A stretch of 64,000 nucleotides of DNA from positions 2,480,001 to 2,544,000 of the forward strand of contig NC_134031.1 in the NCBI RefSeq assembly GCF_964204645.1, given 5' to 3'. Each line of letters opens with the position of its first letter. Position 1 is the first letter of the stretch. The notes under the pieces are model-generated. The model saw only the letters and a program-made list of their open reading frames with translations, had not been told where the DNA came from and did no database searches. This document shows, piece by piece, positions 37,873 through 50,153 of this stretch. The translations under genes and the position numbers were made by a program. Origin of the DNA: Tubulanus polymorphus (taxonomy: Eukaryota; Animalia; Nemertea).

Positions 37873-40800
37873 ATGACCGATCTACCAATGTGTAAGTATC
37901 TTATAATAACAATGAAACTATTCTCATAAAACCTCTAAGTTTTCACTATGATTTATGATGGTTAATCACAAACATCATATAACAGACCATGAATCCTGCT
38001 CTGACTGCCACGGATTCATGTTACTGCATCGACCGAATTGACCGCGAGACCCGAGGCATTCGGAGAATAATGTTTCAATTCTGTCTGATAAGAAGAAGTT
38101 ATCTTATCATGTTATTTTTGTTTCTCCGATGATGAAGTTTAGTCAAAACACTCGGAATAAACCGTTTAATCATCAACTGTGGGTTTTGCTCATTAACTCT
38201 GAAATTCTGATATTAATCAATACCAGTCAAAATTAAGCTTAAAATTCTGTATTTTTTGGGGATTGAAAGCCTTGCTACTTCACAGCCACGATGTCACACT
38301 TAACAATGAATGCAGCCCGTTTAAAATTCCAGCATTTGGAGAACAGTGTCCATGAATCTTGTATTGTTTGTGTATTGCGTTTCAGATTCGGTTCAAGAAG
38401 TTCCGATCTCGAACGGTTTGATATCGCAGATAATCAACACGAGTCAACTCGATTCACAGGCGAATAAATGTCCGTGGATATTGACTAAAGCTGAAATAGT
38501 ACAACACGCTCAATTTGACTGCGAATATGAAGGTTTGTACTGAGATACAGAAACGGTTGTGATGTTAAATTACCCGGCCTGTCGGAAGCAAAATGGCAGA
38601 ATTTTCCACGCAAACTCAGATGATGTTAGACGAAACCCCAAAATAAAAAGAAAAACTATCTGGTAGTTTAACGTTTCAACTCAATTCTATGAGCCATTTT
38701 CAAAACAGTTTTTGAAAATGGCTCATAGAATTGAGTTGAAACGTTAAACTACCAGATAGTTTTTCTTTTTATTGTGGGTTTTTGTCTACTATTGATATTG
38801 GACAGCCAATTGTCTATGGAAACCAATCAGATGATGTTCATTGTCTGAAACAAAAATGTTTGCAGTGGCCTTTATATATATAGGTAGTCTGCTATACCTA
38901 ATATCTATTTCAACTTGACTTAAGAGCACATCAGGTGCCTGCCTAGCTCAGTCTGTTTTGGTGGTAAATACCTGATAGAAGTCTTATTAGGACCAGAAAG
39001 CACTGGCAGTGGACCTTTAAACATTGATTTTCAATCCATTCTTCACCTTATTGAAGGATATCCAAAAAGTCTTCATTGAAAGGGGATAAAAAGAGAAAAT
39101 TGAAAAGTTTAACAATATGTTACCATGCCTACACACCAAACTTCCAGTGCTTTCTGGTCCTAATACGACTTTTATTAGGTAAGTACCAACACAGACTGAG
39201 CTAGGCAGGCACCTGATGTGCTCTCAAGTCGAGTTGAAATAGACATTAGGAACGACTGATCGTGGATATTGACCCTGGATGAGGTTTTCTCATTTTAATT
39301 CTAGAAAAGAAGGCCGAAACGCTGGGATTTTCGCAGGCGAATTCAAATTGTGATTTGTCGAATAGATACGGTTTTTGCACCGAGTCGGACGACGAAATCA
39401 TTAAACAGATGTTGCTGAACGGACTGATGATTTCCAACGTAAAATACAACACGCTCGGGTTCAGTAAATGCGGCTCTTACGTGACGAGATTCATCGACGT
39501 CTGTTTGAAGTATTATCACTTCCAGAATCCGAGCGAAGATGACGTACGCGTCGTTATATTCAAGGTAATTTATCAAAACTCGCGCGTTAATATCGTCGTG
39601 GTTCCTCCTCACTGGGAAATCGGATAAAAACGGAAATATTTGCGAATTCGATAGATTTTCCTTGATTATCCGGGAAATGTTTGGGAAAGTAGTTCAGTGT
39701 AGTTTATGGATGTCATATGTTTGTAAACCTGAACGCAAATTTCTTGAATATCGCTAGTCAAAAATGTTGATATCGCCCGTAGAATGATGGTATTATCTGT
39801 TTTGCGAATACCCCGTTACTAGTTGGGGAAGTTTAAAAATCATCTATGAAATACTTTGAATTACAAAACTGTGGGAACGGTGTAGTATGTTGGATTTTAT
39901 TCCTATTTTATTCAAGAGATGCTTTATTAATTTTTACCTGCTGATTAATTGTTTTTCAGTATTTTCTCGGGAAGGTTACGAAATGCGTTCCGAAAGCGTC
40001 ATATGCTACTGAAATAATCGAACCGACGCAAGGATTCGACGCCCACCAGTCGGTCATTGAACCAACTCCCATCGAACCTATTCATCAGCAGTTCGAAAAA
40101 TCACAGGTAGGCTTATATCAGTTATACTCTTCAGCAATCTCATGTGGCTGGGTGAGTACTCTGACTCCTGGGTGAGTACTCTGACTCCTGGGTGAGTACT
40201 CTGACTCCTGGGTGAGTACTTTGATTCCTGGGTGAGTTCTCTGACTCCTCGGTGAGGTCTCTGACTTCTGGGCGAGGTCTCTGACTCCTGGGCGAGGTCT
40301 CTGACTCTTGGGCGAGGTCTTTGGTTCCTGAGTGAGGTCTCTGACTCCTGGGCGAGGTCTTTGGCTCCTGGGTGAGGTCTTTGACTCCTGGGTGAGTTCT
40401 TTGACTGGTTAGTTATATCACAAGCCCCAGTTCCAGCAGTTGAAATGAGTTCATTTTTTCAATATCTCAACTTTGCTTAACCATGTAATTTGAGGGATAA
40501 TAGAATATTATTATTTCAATGTTACTATTATTATTAACATATATAATTTTGTTCAATATTTCGTAGGTGTATTTGTATGAATTCGACTCACTCCGTGGTA
40601 TTCCGGTAATGCGTCCACGTCAGTGTATACCAGTAGCTGTTTTGTCGTACACGAAAGACAAAATGTTGGAAGCGGAAATTTACCGCACGCGAGAATGCGC
40701 GAAGATGTCGTCGAGCGACCTTGAAGACTCCGGGTCGCAGTGTTCGAACAACAGCGCGTCAGAGAGTCTGAAAGGCAACGATCGATTCGCGAATAACCCG

Positions 40801-41706
40801 CAGTTGAAGGCGATCGTCGACGCCATCAACTCGCGCCCGATAAACAGCGCGCCGATTCTACCGCGTCGTAAACGAGTCGGCGCGATACCGACGGGTGGCG
40901 CCGGCGGTGTCGATAACTGCGTCTCCGTGTCGGAGCGGTTAGCCAACAATCCGCAGCTGAAAGCGATCGTCGATCAGATTAATTCGCGTCCAGCGTTGGA
41001 GAACGCTCCGATGTTACCTCCGCGTAACGGACGCGTGCCGCGCTCTAACGGTAAAGCGACGTATTACAATCAAACGCCGGCGGTTACGGCGTCCAGTCCG
41101 AATTACGGTTACAACGACGCGTATTACGACTACAACGACCAGTATTACGAGTACGTCTGCGATTCGGCAGCGCCCTCTACGTCGTCTTCGTCGTCATCGA
41201 CCGCGTTTTACCAGAACAATCCGTGGCAGACGCAAGAACCGTCTGTCGGTCGTATCGGTGGTGGCGCCACCGGTAGCGTTAACGCCCAGCGAGGCGCTAA
41301 CAATCTACAACACCATCGAGGAGGCAGCATGAACGCAGTGAGTCCGCGTCGTGGCAGTAACGGCTACCACTACAACCCCGGTAATCAAAAACAAATGCCG
41401 CCATCTGGTGGTGGCGCGTCGTCGTCAAAAAATTTCTGGGATAGTTACGAGTACGGCAGCGGGGCGCCTGCTCCGTCACGTGTCACCAATCAATATCATC
41501 AGCAACAAACAGCGCCGCTGCAGCGTCACAATGAAAACGGCTCGGGGGGCGCTGTTAATTTCGGTTACCACAGTTACAACAATGACAGTTATTACAACGT
41601 ACAGCCTCAGAATCATCGCGGCGCCATTACCGGAGGCAACGGAGTCGCGAAGAGTTATCAGGGAGGACGTGGATTGTCTTTTAGAGGACGAGGAAGAGGT
41701 AGGTGA
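37873..41706 (+). CDS. TEX15/TASOR-family DUF3715 (pseudo-PARP) protein, ~570 aa, with a low-complexity RG-tailed C-terminus
   Basis: Exons 37873-37891, 38386-38532, 39305-39564, 39960-40106, 40567-41706 (1713 nt, GT-AG, frame-consistent). Motifs NGL...TLG...GSYVTRFIDVCLKY, VVIFKYFLGKVTK, EPTQGFDAHQS and SQVYLYEF...RPRQCIPVAVLSY are colinear with the DUF3715 domain of TEX15/TASOR as recalled. The first exon is the least certain. Confidence 0.82.
38633..38785. repeat. Near-perfect palindrome (~65-bp arms), Penelope-terminus-like
   Basis: AAAAAGAAAAACTATCTGG...CCATTTTCAAAA / TTTTGAAAATGG...CCAGATAGTTTTTCTTTTT. Degenerate ribozyme-like core TTGAAAATGGCTCA...TGAGTTGAAACGTT. A related remnant lies at about 23512-23570. 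Confidence 0.85.
38897..39250. mobile_element. Fold-back MITE sharing termini with the 7119-7670 element
   Basis: CCTAATATCTATTTCAACT...AGTTGAAATAGACATTAGG, ~110-bp inverted arms. Internal ACCATGCCTAC is shared with the 7119 element. Confidence 0.8.
40148..40406 (+). repeat. 20-bp minisatellite, 13 copies, in intron 4 of the DUF3715 gene
   Basis: Unit CTGGGTGAGTACTCTGACTC and variants. Confidence 0.95.
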
Positions 41707-42915
41707 AACAGCAGCGGCTAGGTGACTTACGAGCTCAGTTCCACGCTCAGGTTTTATTCCATATTCCTCATGCTTCAGGACAGATAAACAGTACCGATTC
41801 TACAGTAATTGGGATATGAAAGTGATGCTGACGCTTCCATCAAAATTTGAAATTTTCTCCTGTAAAACTACTTGGAAACTAATTATACCTAGGAATGATT
41901 GATCTGTAGCGACCCTGTCTTATTAGAACGGCGCTAAAAGAAGCAAAGCTTGCCATCGATTCATTAGTGAAATTCTCGTTTTATCATTTCAGGGAGAGGC
42001 AATGGTTTCCAGCATTTCCATTGAACTGTCTGTATTGAACTCACATCGGTGAATACGTACCCCGCTAAACTCGTGATGATTCTAATTCTCTCATTCTGTT
42101 CAAACTGCTGTAGTTTTAATAAACGATTCATTGGTTCTTGATGTGCCATAAAATACAGTGAAAGCACTCTGCTCGCCTGGTCGCGATCCGTTGAGGCGCG
42201 GTCATTCCCGACAATCCGGGAACGATCGATTTGATGAAAAAACTGGGAGTTTCAAAGCACGGCATCGATATGTATACATTGTAACTGATGTTAGCTCGTG
42301 GCTTTTACAATACTCAGTATTTTATATTTGAATTTATGTATCATCATTATTGTTATTATTATTATAATTATCATCAGCATTATTATCTGATTATCATCTT
42401 ATTATAATTATCTTATTATTATTATGATTATTATTATTATTATTATTGATTACTCTGTATTAAGAAACATCGAATAATGTTTTACCGACCTGTTATAGCT
42501 ACACTGTCCCGATGCGTATAGTGTTTTTCCTGTTTTCATTTTGAGGGGCCATTATGCAAGCTCCCTCCATATACCTTCCCCTTATGTATGCAATATCTGC
42601 TGATTTGCATACTGGAAGGTGAGCTCCTTCGCTGCGGATTTGTACAGTAGAAGTCGCTTCATTCGGATCAGCTAAATTTACAAATTGATCTACCAGGTAA
42701 TTCTGATATTGGTTTTAAGCTCCACCTATATATAATGATATGTAATTATAGATGTCGAGTCGTGATTTCTGATAAACTGGATGAATTTCGTTGGTACCAA
42801 TGATCCTAACTATGCACGTTCTTCTGTACAGATCAGTGCCCTCTAAATGGAGTGGAACTTCTGTCACTGCAACGTTTTGATAGAGTGGAAACTCTGTCAC
42901 TGCAGATTTCAGGTA

Positions 42916-43080
42916 GGGATCATTCATTTATTACATACGCATTAGGGAAGGGGGGAGGGGTCAGTGCAATTGCATACTGTAATGCTAAATGTATATGAAA
43001 AAATGGCCGATTCTGCGTACAGAGGGGAAGAGGGGTTGAAAAATTCAAATTTTATGCGTACGTAATAAACGAATGATCCC
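42916..43080. mobile_element. MITE
   Basis: TIRs GGGATCATTCATTTATTACATACGCA...TGCGTACGTAATAAACGAATGATCCC. Confidence 0.75.
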
Positions 43081-43384
43081 GTACTTGAAAAACCTATGAA
43101 TAATTGAATAGCCAGTTGATTCGACCGACCAAGAAAAATCATGTTTACATGTACGTAGACTAATGCTTTGTGACAATTGTATTGTATTTCGTATTTAGAC
43201 CACAATATTTTCAGCATAGTTATTTGCTACTATTATTCCATGTTAGTTATTATTATTACTATTATTATTGTATTATCTTCAATTTTTTTGCAATTTCGGT
43301 ATTTTTGAAATGAAATATGATGCAGCCCTGACCCTCTGCGCCCCCTCGAGTGATTTGATGCCTCGTTATGACTGTCAAAACTTC

Positions 43385-43706
43385 ACAGTGAATTGTCTTT
43401 AGGGATGGCTCCTGGCTGAAGGTTGACCACACTCAATGAAACAGTGAATTGTCTGTACGGGTGGCTCCGGGCTGAAGGTTGACCACACTCAATGAAACGG
43501 TGAATTGTCTGTAGGGGTGGCTCCGGGCTGAAGGTTGACCCCACTCAATGAAACAGCGAATTGTCTGTAGGGGTGGCTCCAGGCTGTAGGTTGATCACAC
43601 TTGCGGTGAATGTGAATTGTCTGTTGGGGTGGCTCCGGGCTGTAGGGTGATCACACTTGCGGTGAATGTGAATTGTTTCTTCGGGTGGCTCCTGGCTGTA
43701 GGTTGA
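43385..43706. repeat. 56-bp minisatellite, about 6 copies
   Basis: G(T/C)GAATTGT recurs at 43388, 43444, 43500, 43556, 43612 and 43668. Confidence 0.92.
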
Positions 43707-45337
43707 TATATCTGCATTAGAAAGTGTTTGATAAATGACAATTTTACCAGTTGAAAATTCTCTTTCGTCATATCAATATTATATATAGATATATATATAA
43801 ATTAGTGTATAATTTTTTTAGTATTTCATGCTTCTTTTTCAAGTTAAAGTCCTCATCGTTGATTTGATTATTTTCGTAGAAGTAATTGGCAAAGTACATG
43901 GAATGAACGAGTGTTTGAATGAACAATCGACGGTTAAATAGCCGTTCATTCAGTGTACTCTCCAATTGTGACGTTCGTTTTTTTCTCGGTCCCTTTAAAG
44001 TTTTCATGTCAATATTATTGTTGTGTTGTTGATGTGTGAAGCGCTTTCCGTTGTCAATTTTCCTATGGAAATAAAATATCAAAATGTACACAATGCTGTG
44101 TTGTTCAGTGTGTTGGAAGTGGAAATTGAATTCAATCTTGCAGGAATATTGTGGCTAAGAAGAATTCTAAATCTCGATTACGAGACCTCTTCACCGAAGA
44201 CGCGAAACATTTGATAGAATTCGGAATCGAAAACGTCAGACGATCGAAAGATCGGTGAATTGCGTCATATGAGTAAAAACAACCAGTGACCTCTAATCAC
44301 ACGACGATATTTAGATGGCTTGCCAGGGATCGATTACCTCCGATTATCGCATTCCCTCGGCTGGGATTCGAATCGATGTTACCGAGACTGCCACGGTACG
44401 AAGTCTAGCGATGCCATCAGGTTCGAATCCCTACCGAGGAAGGATGTATTTGCCGGATGAATTTTTGACCCCTGCCTTCCCTGTGTCAAAACATAGTTGA
44501 AACCAGCAATTTGATACTCTTATCCCCTCGGAATATGTATCTTTTACTAATAATCCGGGATGTATTTCGTCAAAAGAATCTCAACCCCGAGGATGAGATT
44601 CATCCAAGAAATGCCTTCTTCTGGACCTTGGCCTTCTAACTATCTGAGATATGACACAAGTTCGATAAATAAGAATATAGAAACGAACGATCGATATTCT
44701 TCTTTATTCATTCATTACAACAGCAGATAAGAATAATTACAAATACGTGATGATAATAATAATGATAAATATAAATAATAAGAACAAAAAAGATATTTCA
44801 AACATCGACGACCTGGGTCCTGTAAATCACTATTGTGCTTGTAAACCAATAACATTCATCCACCACGTGGAGATACATCAAATAGATAATAATCCCGTAG
44901 CCAGGAAGTTTCAAGGGCAGATTTTATCCCAATAATTTTCGATGTAAGAATTTACTAATACAGCTCATCAAGAGATATCTAAGATTTGAGTCGGGTCAAA
45001 TGCAGCAATCAAATTCAGCGTACTAATACCAATATGTTACCTTGTGACAAAGGTAGGATGTTTGGTGTCTCGTGTCGACCATTAAGCTTTTGCGTCGGTG
45101 ACCAGTCAAACTGGTCGTAACTGATTGTCAAATGCCCCATTCGTCTGATGAGGGAGAGTTGGAGTTAATCTTATAGTGTAGGACAACGTTTTGGAGTTTT
45201 CCTCGAATTCAGAAAGAAACGCCAGCAGAAAAGAAAACATCGACCGTTAATTAAAATGCTATCCATTTTAAAGAAGTTAACAACATAATCTATGACAACA
45301 TTCACTTAGCTCCAGTAACAGGAGAAGATTATAAAAG

Positions 45338-48300
45338 TTAAGACGGTGGGAGTTTATCCTGTAGTGTAGGTCTACGTTTCGGGGCTTTCCCAGTCGGGTC
45401 GACAGATTGAATTCTCGTGACTCCTCGAATCTCTGCGTATTTAAGCCGGAATGACCTATACGCGTATATATACGGCCACATGGCTGACTTGAGTGGTACG
45501 ACGAAAAGACATATCCAATGAACGACGAATTGCGATAAATTGAGCTCCATCACATTTCCTAATTTCATAATTATAACGATCATCGTACTCAAGGCATTCA
45601 GCACTATTATACTCTTGATTCGCAGTGTATACTTCATATCTATAAGCTGTTCTGTAGTCATCGTTTCTTTCGTCAGAGTGGCGTGTTTAGCGTACATACC
45701 CAGGATTAGCGACATGATGCAAAGAGCGATAAACGACATCGAATCGATGGCGATCTCGATTCCGTGAAACGTCTCCCAACCTGCCACGAAATTCCCGAAT
45801 AAAGTAGTCGACAGGCAAAGGCCATTGGTTTCGTACATAGCTTTCCCGAGATCGGGCAAAAACAATACAGGTATCAGGCAAATAATCATCCCGTACAACC
45901 AGGGAAATATCAAAGAGAGTCGAAAGAAGTGCTTGTTTTCAAAAACGGATGATTTGAAAAATGATAGAATTTCAATGACGCGTTCAGCAGACATGAATAG
46001 AATTGCAACGAGAGAAATTTGATAACTCAACGACCAAAGAATACCAACAGCCTTACAAACACCTGACTTCAGCAACCATAAAGCCCATTTGTGATACTCT
46101 CCTGAAGTTGTCTTACTCGTAAAAGCCACCAATACGATATATATAGCCATCGGTAATTCGGATAAAGCTACATTCGAGACAAGAATCGACGTGGCAAAAT
46201 TTCGCTCGGTACACAGCTTCCAAATCGGTATGACGACATTGCCTACTAGTGACATCACCCCGACTAGCCATACTACGTTTTGAATAAAATCATCAGTCAA
46301 CAGATCGCCGCAGGTTGAGAATTCGTCTATATTCGGCGTACAACGACGTATCGACGACTGCAGACAACAATAACTGAAATGTGACGTAATCAGTGTGGAC
46401 AACGAGTCGATTTGAAAAGCTCTAGGATCGACATCGACCGGCAAGTTCCGGGAAATATCTAATTCTACCAAACTATTCATATCAGAGAATGCCAAACCAT
46501 CGATTCTATTTAACCGGTTTTTCTTCAGGGTTAACTTTTGCAAGGCGACAAGTCCCCGAAAAGAAAAATCTTCGATAACCGAAATGGCAAAATAAGAAAG
46601 GTCGAGACGTTTTAGCGAAACTGCACCGATGAAAGCAAGGGGTTCAATGGTGGTTATTCGGTTTCCGCGAAGCTCAAGACGGCGCAGATTCGTCAGACCC
46701 CTGAAAGCGTTTCGTGGTAAAATCGAGACAAAGTTGAACGCCAGGTTGAGCTCGTAAAGACTCCCCATCGTAGAGAACGCAGATGTCGGAAGAGAATTAA
46801 TATGGTTGTAAGACAGATCGAGACGTGCCAATGAATAATACTCTGAAAATGTATCGTTAGTCAGCAATAATCTGTTATAAGAGAATACCAGACCTCGTAA
46901 ATCTTTAACCATTTTTGACGGTAGTTCGGTTAAATTTCTACCCAAACAATCGACAAACAGTCCAAATTGACGACACGTTTCAACTTGACCATCGGCAACT
47001 GAGCAATACTTTTCGTCGTCGCCGTTTTGTTTGCAGTCTACTTTTCCATCGCAGACGTGTTTCTGCGATAGACAAAACGAAGAGTTCTTACATCGAAAAC
47101 TGCCGGCACAAGATCGTCTGGGACATTCTAGTTCATCTTCACCTGACGGACAATCGGAAACACCGTCACAAACTCTTCTTTCGTGAATACAATACGACAA
47201 ATGACATTTGAACATGTGCGGACACGTGAAATTGCGACAGTTCTTCAAGTGTTCGTTTCGACGACAAACGGGACCGATCATGTTGGGATTTTCGTAAATG
47301 CAAGCGTCGTATCTGGCAAAACAATTATGATTCGTTTCAAGGTCACACCTGACGTCATTTCTCGCCTCGCAATAGCGCCGGAAGTTCGTTCTAACACGGA
47401 ATTTAGTTATCTCGTTGTATTCAATTCTTCTCAGACGATTGTAACGGACATTTTCCTGTTCCAGAACGTTGTGAATAATGTCTTCGTCTTCCCCGTGCTC
47501 GCAGTCGGCTACCAGATCCAGGAAATTCCTCTTGTAGATACATTCTCCCGTGAAACACTGAAACCGGCCCTTACAGATATCGTCCGTCCAACTGTCAGTA
47601 CAATCCTCATCGGAGCCGTCCCGACAATGCTCGATCCAGTCACATCGTTTCGCGATCTGAATACATTCACCAGATCGACAATGGAACTTTCCGCTTTCGC
47701 ATTTCGGATAAGTGCAGTACGCCTCATCCGAACCATCTTCGCAATCACGTACGTGATCGCAGTGTAGAGATATAGGGATGCATCCTCTTCCGTCATCGCA
47801 AGTGAACGTCGACTGATCGCAAATACCGCAGTTCAGTTCATCTATACCGCCGTTACAGTCGACGCTTCCGTCGCAGACTCGTCCGATTGATATACACGTG
47901 CCATCTAAACACCGGAATTGCGTCACGTTGTTACAAACGTATCGATTCGATATCGGTGGAACTTCGCAGATAACGTTTATCACGCGAGGATAATTAACGG
48001 CCGGCTTTAAATATCCGGGTAATTCTAGATACGGCTGTTGACTGCAAGAAGTTTGACGTAGAACCCATTTGTACGGTTTCATGAGGTATTCTTGCCAACT
48101 CAACGATTCGGCATTTTTCTCGATGTAGTTACACACAGTCTCGTTCTCGTCCGCTTTCACCCAAATTGCTCCGTATTCCGACCTGTGACGCCAGATCTGC
48201 AGATACTGATTGAGGAAATCCATGTCATTTTCGGTAATGTTCGCTACTGTCGCGTTATCAGCCTCAGTGCTACAATACCATGTAGAAAGAGAATACCACA

Positions 48301-50153
48301 GTTCCCGCGTGAGCAATCTACGCGAACTCAATAACTGGATACATCTTCCATTGAACTGCGTCCAGTTTTGTGGACAGTCGATCATATCAAATCTTTCAGC
48401 ATCGAAACCAAATTCTGTTTTGTCCGCTTGATTTTTAATTCGTTCTACACGTTGCGTCGTCCGATTGGCTGATGTCGTCTGATTGGCTGATGTCGTCTGA
48501 TTGGCTGATGTCGTCTGATTGACCCGTTCTTCAGCTGCGTCAGTTCTAGTTGCGGTCGGTTTGATGTTTTTCTCGCACACATGCGCTGGCGCAACAAACT
48601 GCGAACTGCACGCTGTAGCGAAAGACCTCCATGCCATCCGAGGATTTAACGGTGATATCACTGCGCAATGAAATGATTCTTGTTGGAAAGGTTGAACGAC
48701 TCGGTCGTTCAGTTTTTGTTGTGTTGAGATCATATAACCGATGATGTCAAAATCGGACCAGGACGGATCCAGCACTGGTGTTCCGTCTATCCATTCGTGT
48801 CTTTTGGTCTGGAATTCGCAGATATCGTAATGTTAGACCTTATTTATATCAACCATTCAATTATAACATTTATTTTCGAAACCTTACCTCCTGGTTATAA
48901 ACGATGCCTACAAATATAACAGTTGCTTGGTCTCCGGTCTTGGAGTTCGGGTAGAGTTCATCCCTCCATTCGACCAAGAACAAGTATTTGAGGACGTTCT
49001 CGACTTCTTCAGTTTTAAACGTTAGTAACCTACCACCCTCTTGTTCGCAATGCTTGCTCGCATTCAACCACGTGTCATTTGCGTGCTACAAATAACGATT
49101 CGTTCGTTAAATATTGTTAAGAAAATACCAAAATAATCTAAGAGCCCCTCCATGAGCTCGAATGCGGCGGTGGCGACAGTTTGTCGATGCGTCGCCTCTT
49201 AGATTTTCAAGAAAGTTCCGTACATTTTCATACTTTTCTAAAGATAGAGATGTAATTATTCCACAGTTATTGAACTTACCTTAAATAATTTGTAGCACGT
49301 GTTTTTGTATCTATGATAATCGTAATCGTCTCCGCATAGCGATGAAGGTCTAATTAATGCTTTCGGTTTATCGTAGGATTTAACCGCGTATCTCAACGTT
49401 GTCTTTGACAGAGGAAAGAGCGGATTCTTCTCCGGCGATAGTTGTATATGCAAAGGCGATAAATCGAATGTTTTCACTCCGTACTGAGGGATGTTTGATG
49501 CCATTTTACTGAGCGTGCCTGTAACCCCCAACTCAAGCATGTATAACGAGGTGTTTTTCGTCCCGTATTGCAATAGCGCGAATGTCTTCAATATCAATTG
49601 GTTGATGTTATGTATGAAGTCGATTTCGAAGTAGCATCGCCTCGTATCGGGGCAGAAGCTAGAGTTAGGGTGGCGCATTAACGTCAAAGAGCTGGATTTC
49701 TTCTCCGATATCACTACAGTACCGCACTCCTCTATGAAACGCGTCTCATTGACAGGGATTAGACCGCTAAAATTCATCACCTTAAACGAATAGAAATAAA
49801 TAGAAAATTGTTTCACGCGGCGTTTGTATGGTGGCCGATTTAGGCCATACTAAAAAATTCTTGTACGGCCAAACGCGCGACACAAACAATTCTCGACATG
49901 AACAAAATGTTTTGATTTCTCGCGCGATGAAACGTGAAAAAGTGTATATATGCTGGTGTTTGGCCGTAGAGAAGTTTTTCAAGTGGCCCGAATCGGCTAC
50001 GATACGTTTGGCACATTATCGAAGTCTGACCAATGTTCAGAATGGAGCAAGCTCAGCTCATCGGTTTACCTGTCTAGAATAGTCGCATAGCTCGTGCGTT
50101 GATACCCCGAACAACAGTGGAGAAATCAGTGAGATGCTAAACAGCAGCAGCAT
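45338..50153 (-). CDS. GRL101-like GPCR copy A (signal peptide, CUB-like region, two C-type-lectin-like domains, LDLa repeats, LRRs, 7TM), ~1417 aa
   Basis: Exons 50153-50070, 49780-49280, 49085-48888, 48808-45338, all phase 0. LDLa motifs (C..G.CI....CD...DC.DGSDE), LxxLxLxxN repeats, hinge HFSYCC...C...DEFSTC.DLL and seven hydrophobic helices. The CUB-like call is tentative. Confidence 0.9.
49826..50004. mobile_element. MITE in the first coding intron of GPCR copy A
   Basis: Imperfect inverted arms GTATGGTGGCCGATTTAGGCCA...TGGCCCGAATCGGCTACGATAC. Confidence 0.6.

Noticed and set aside
45146-45175. CTGATGA motif as a hammerhead (also 19163)
   Set aside because: No stem II followed by GAAA.
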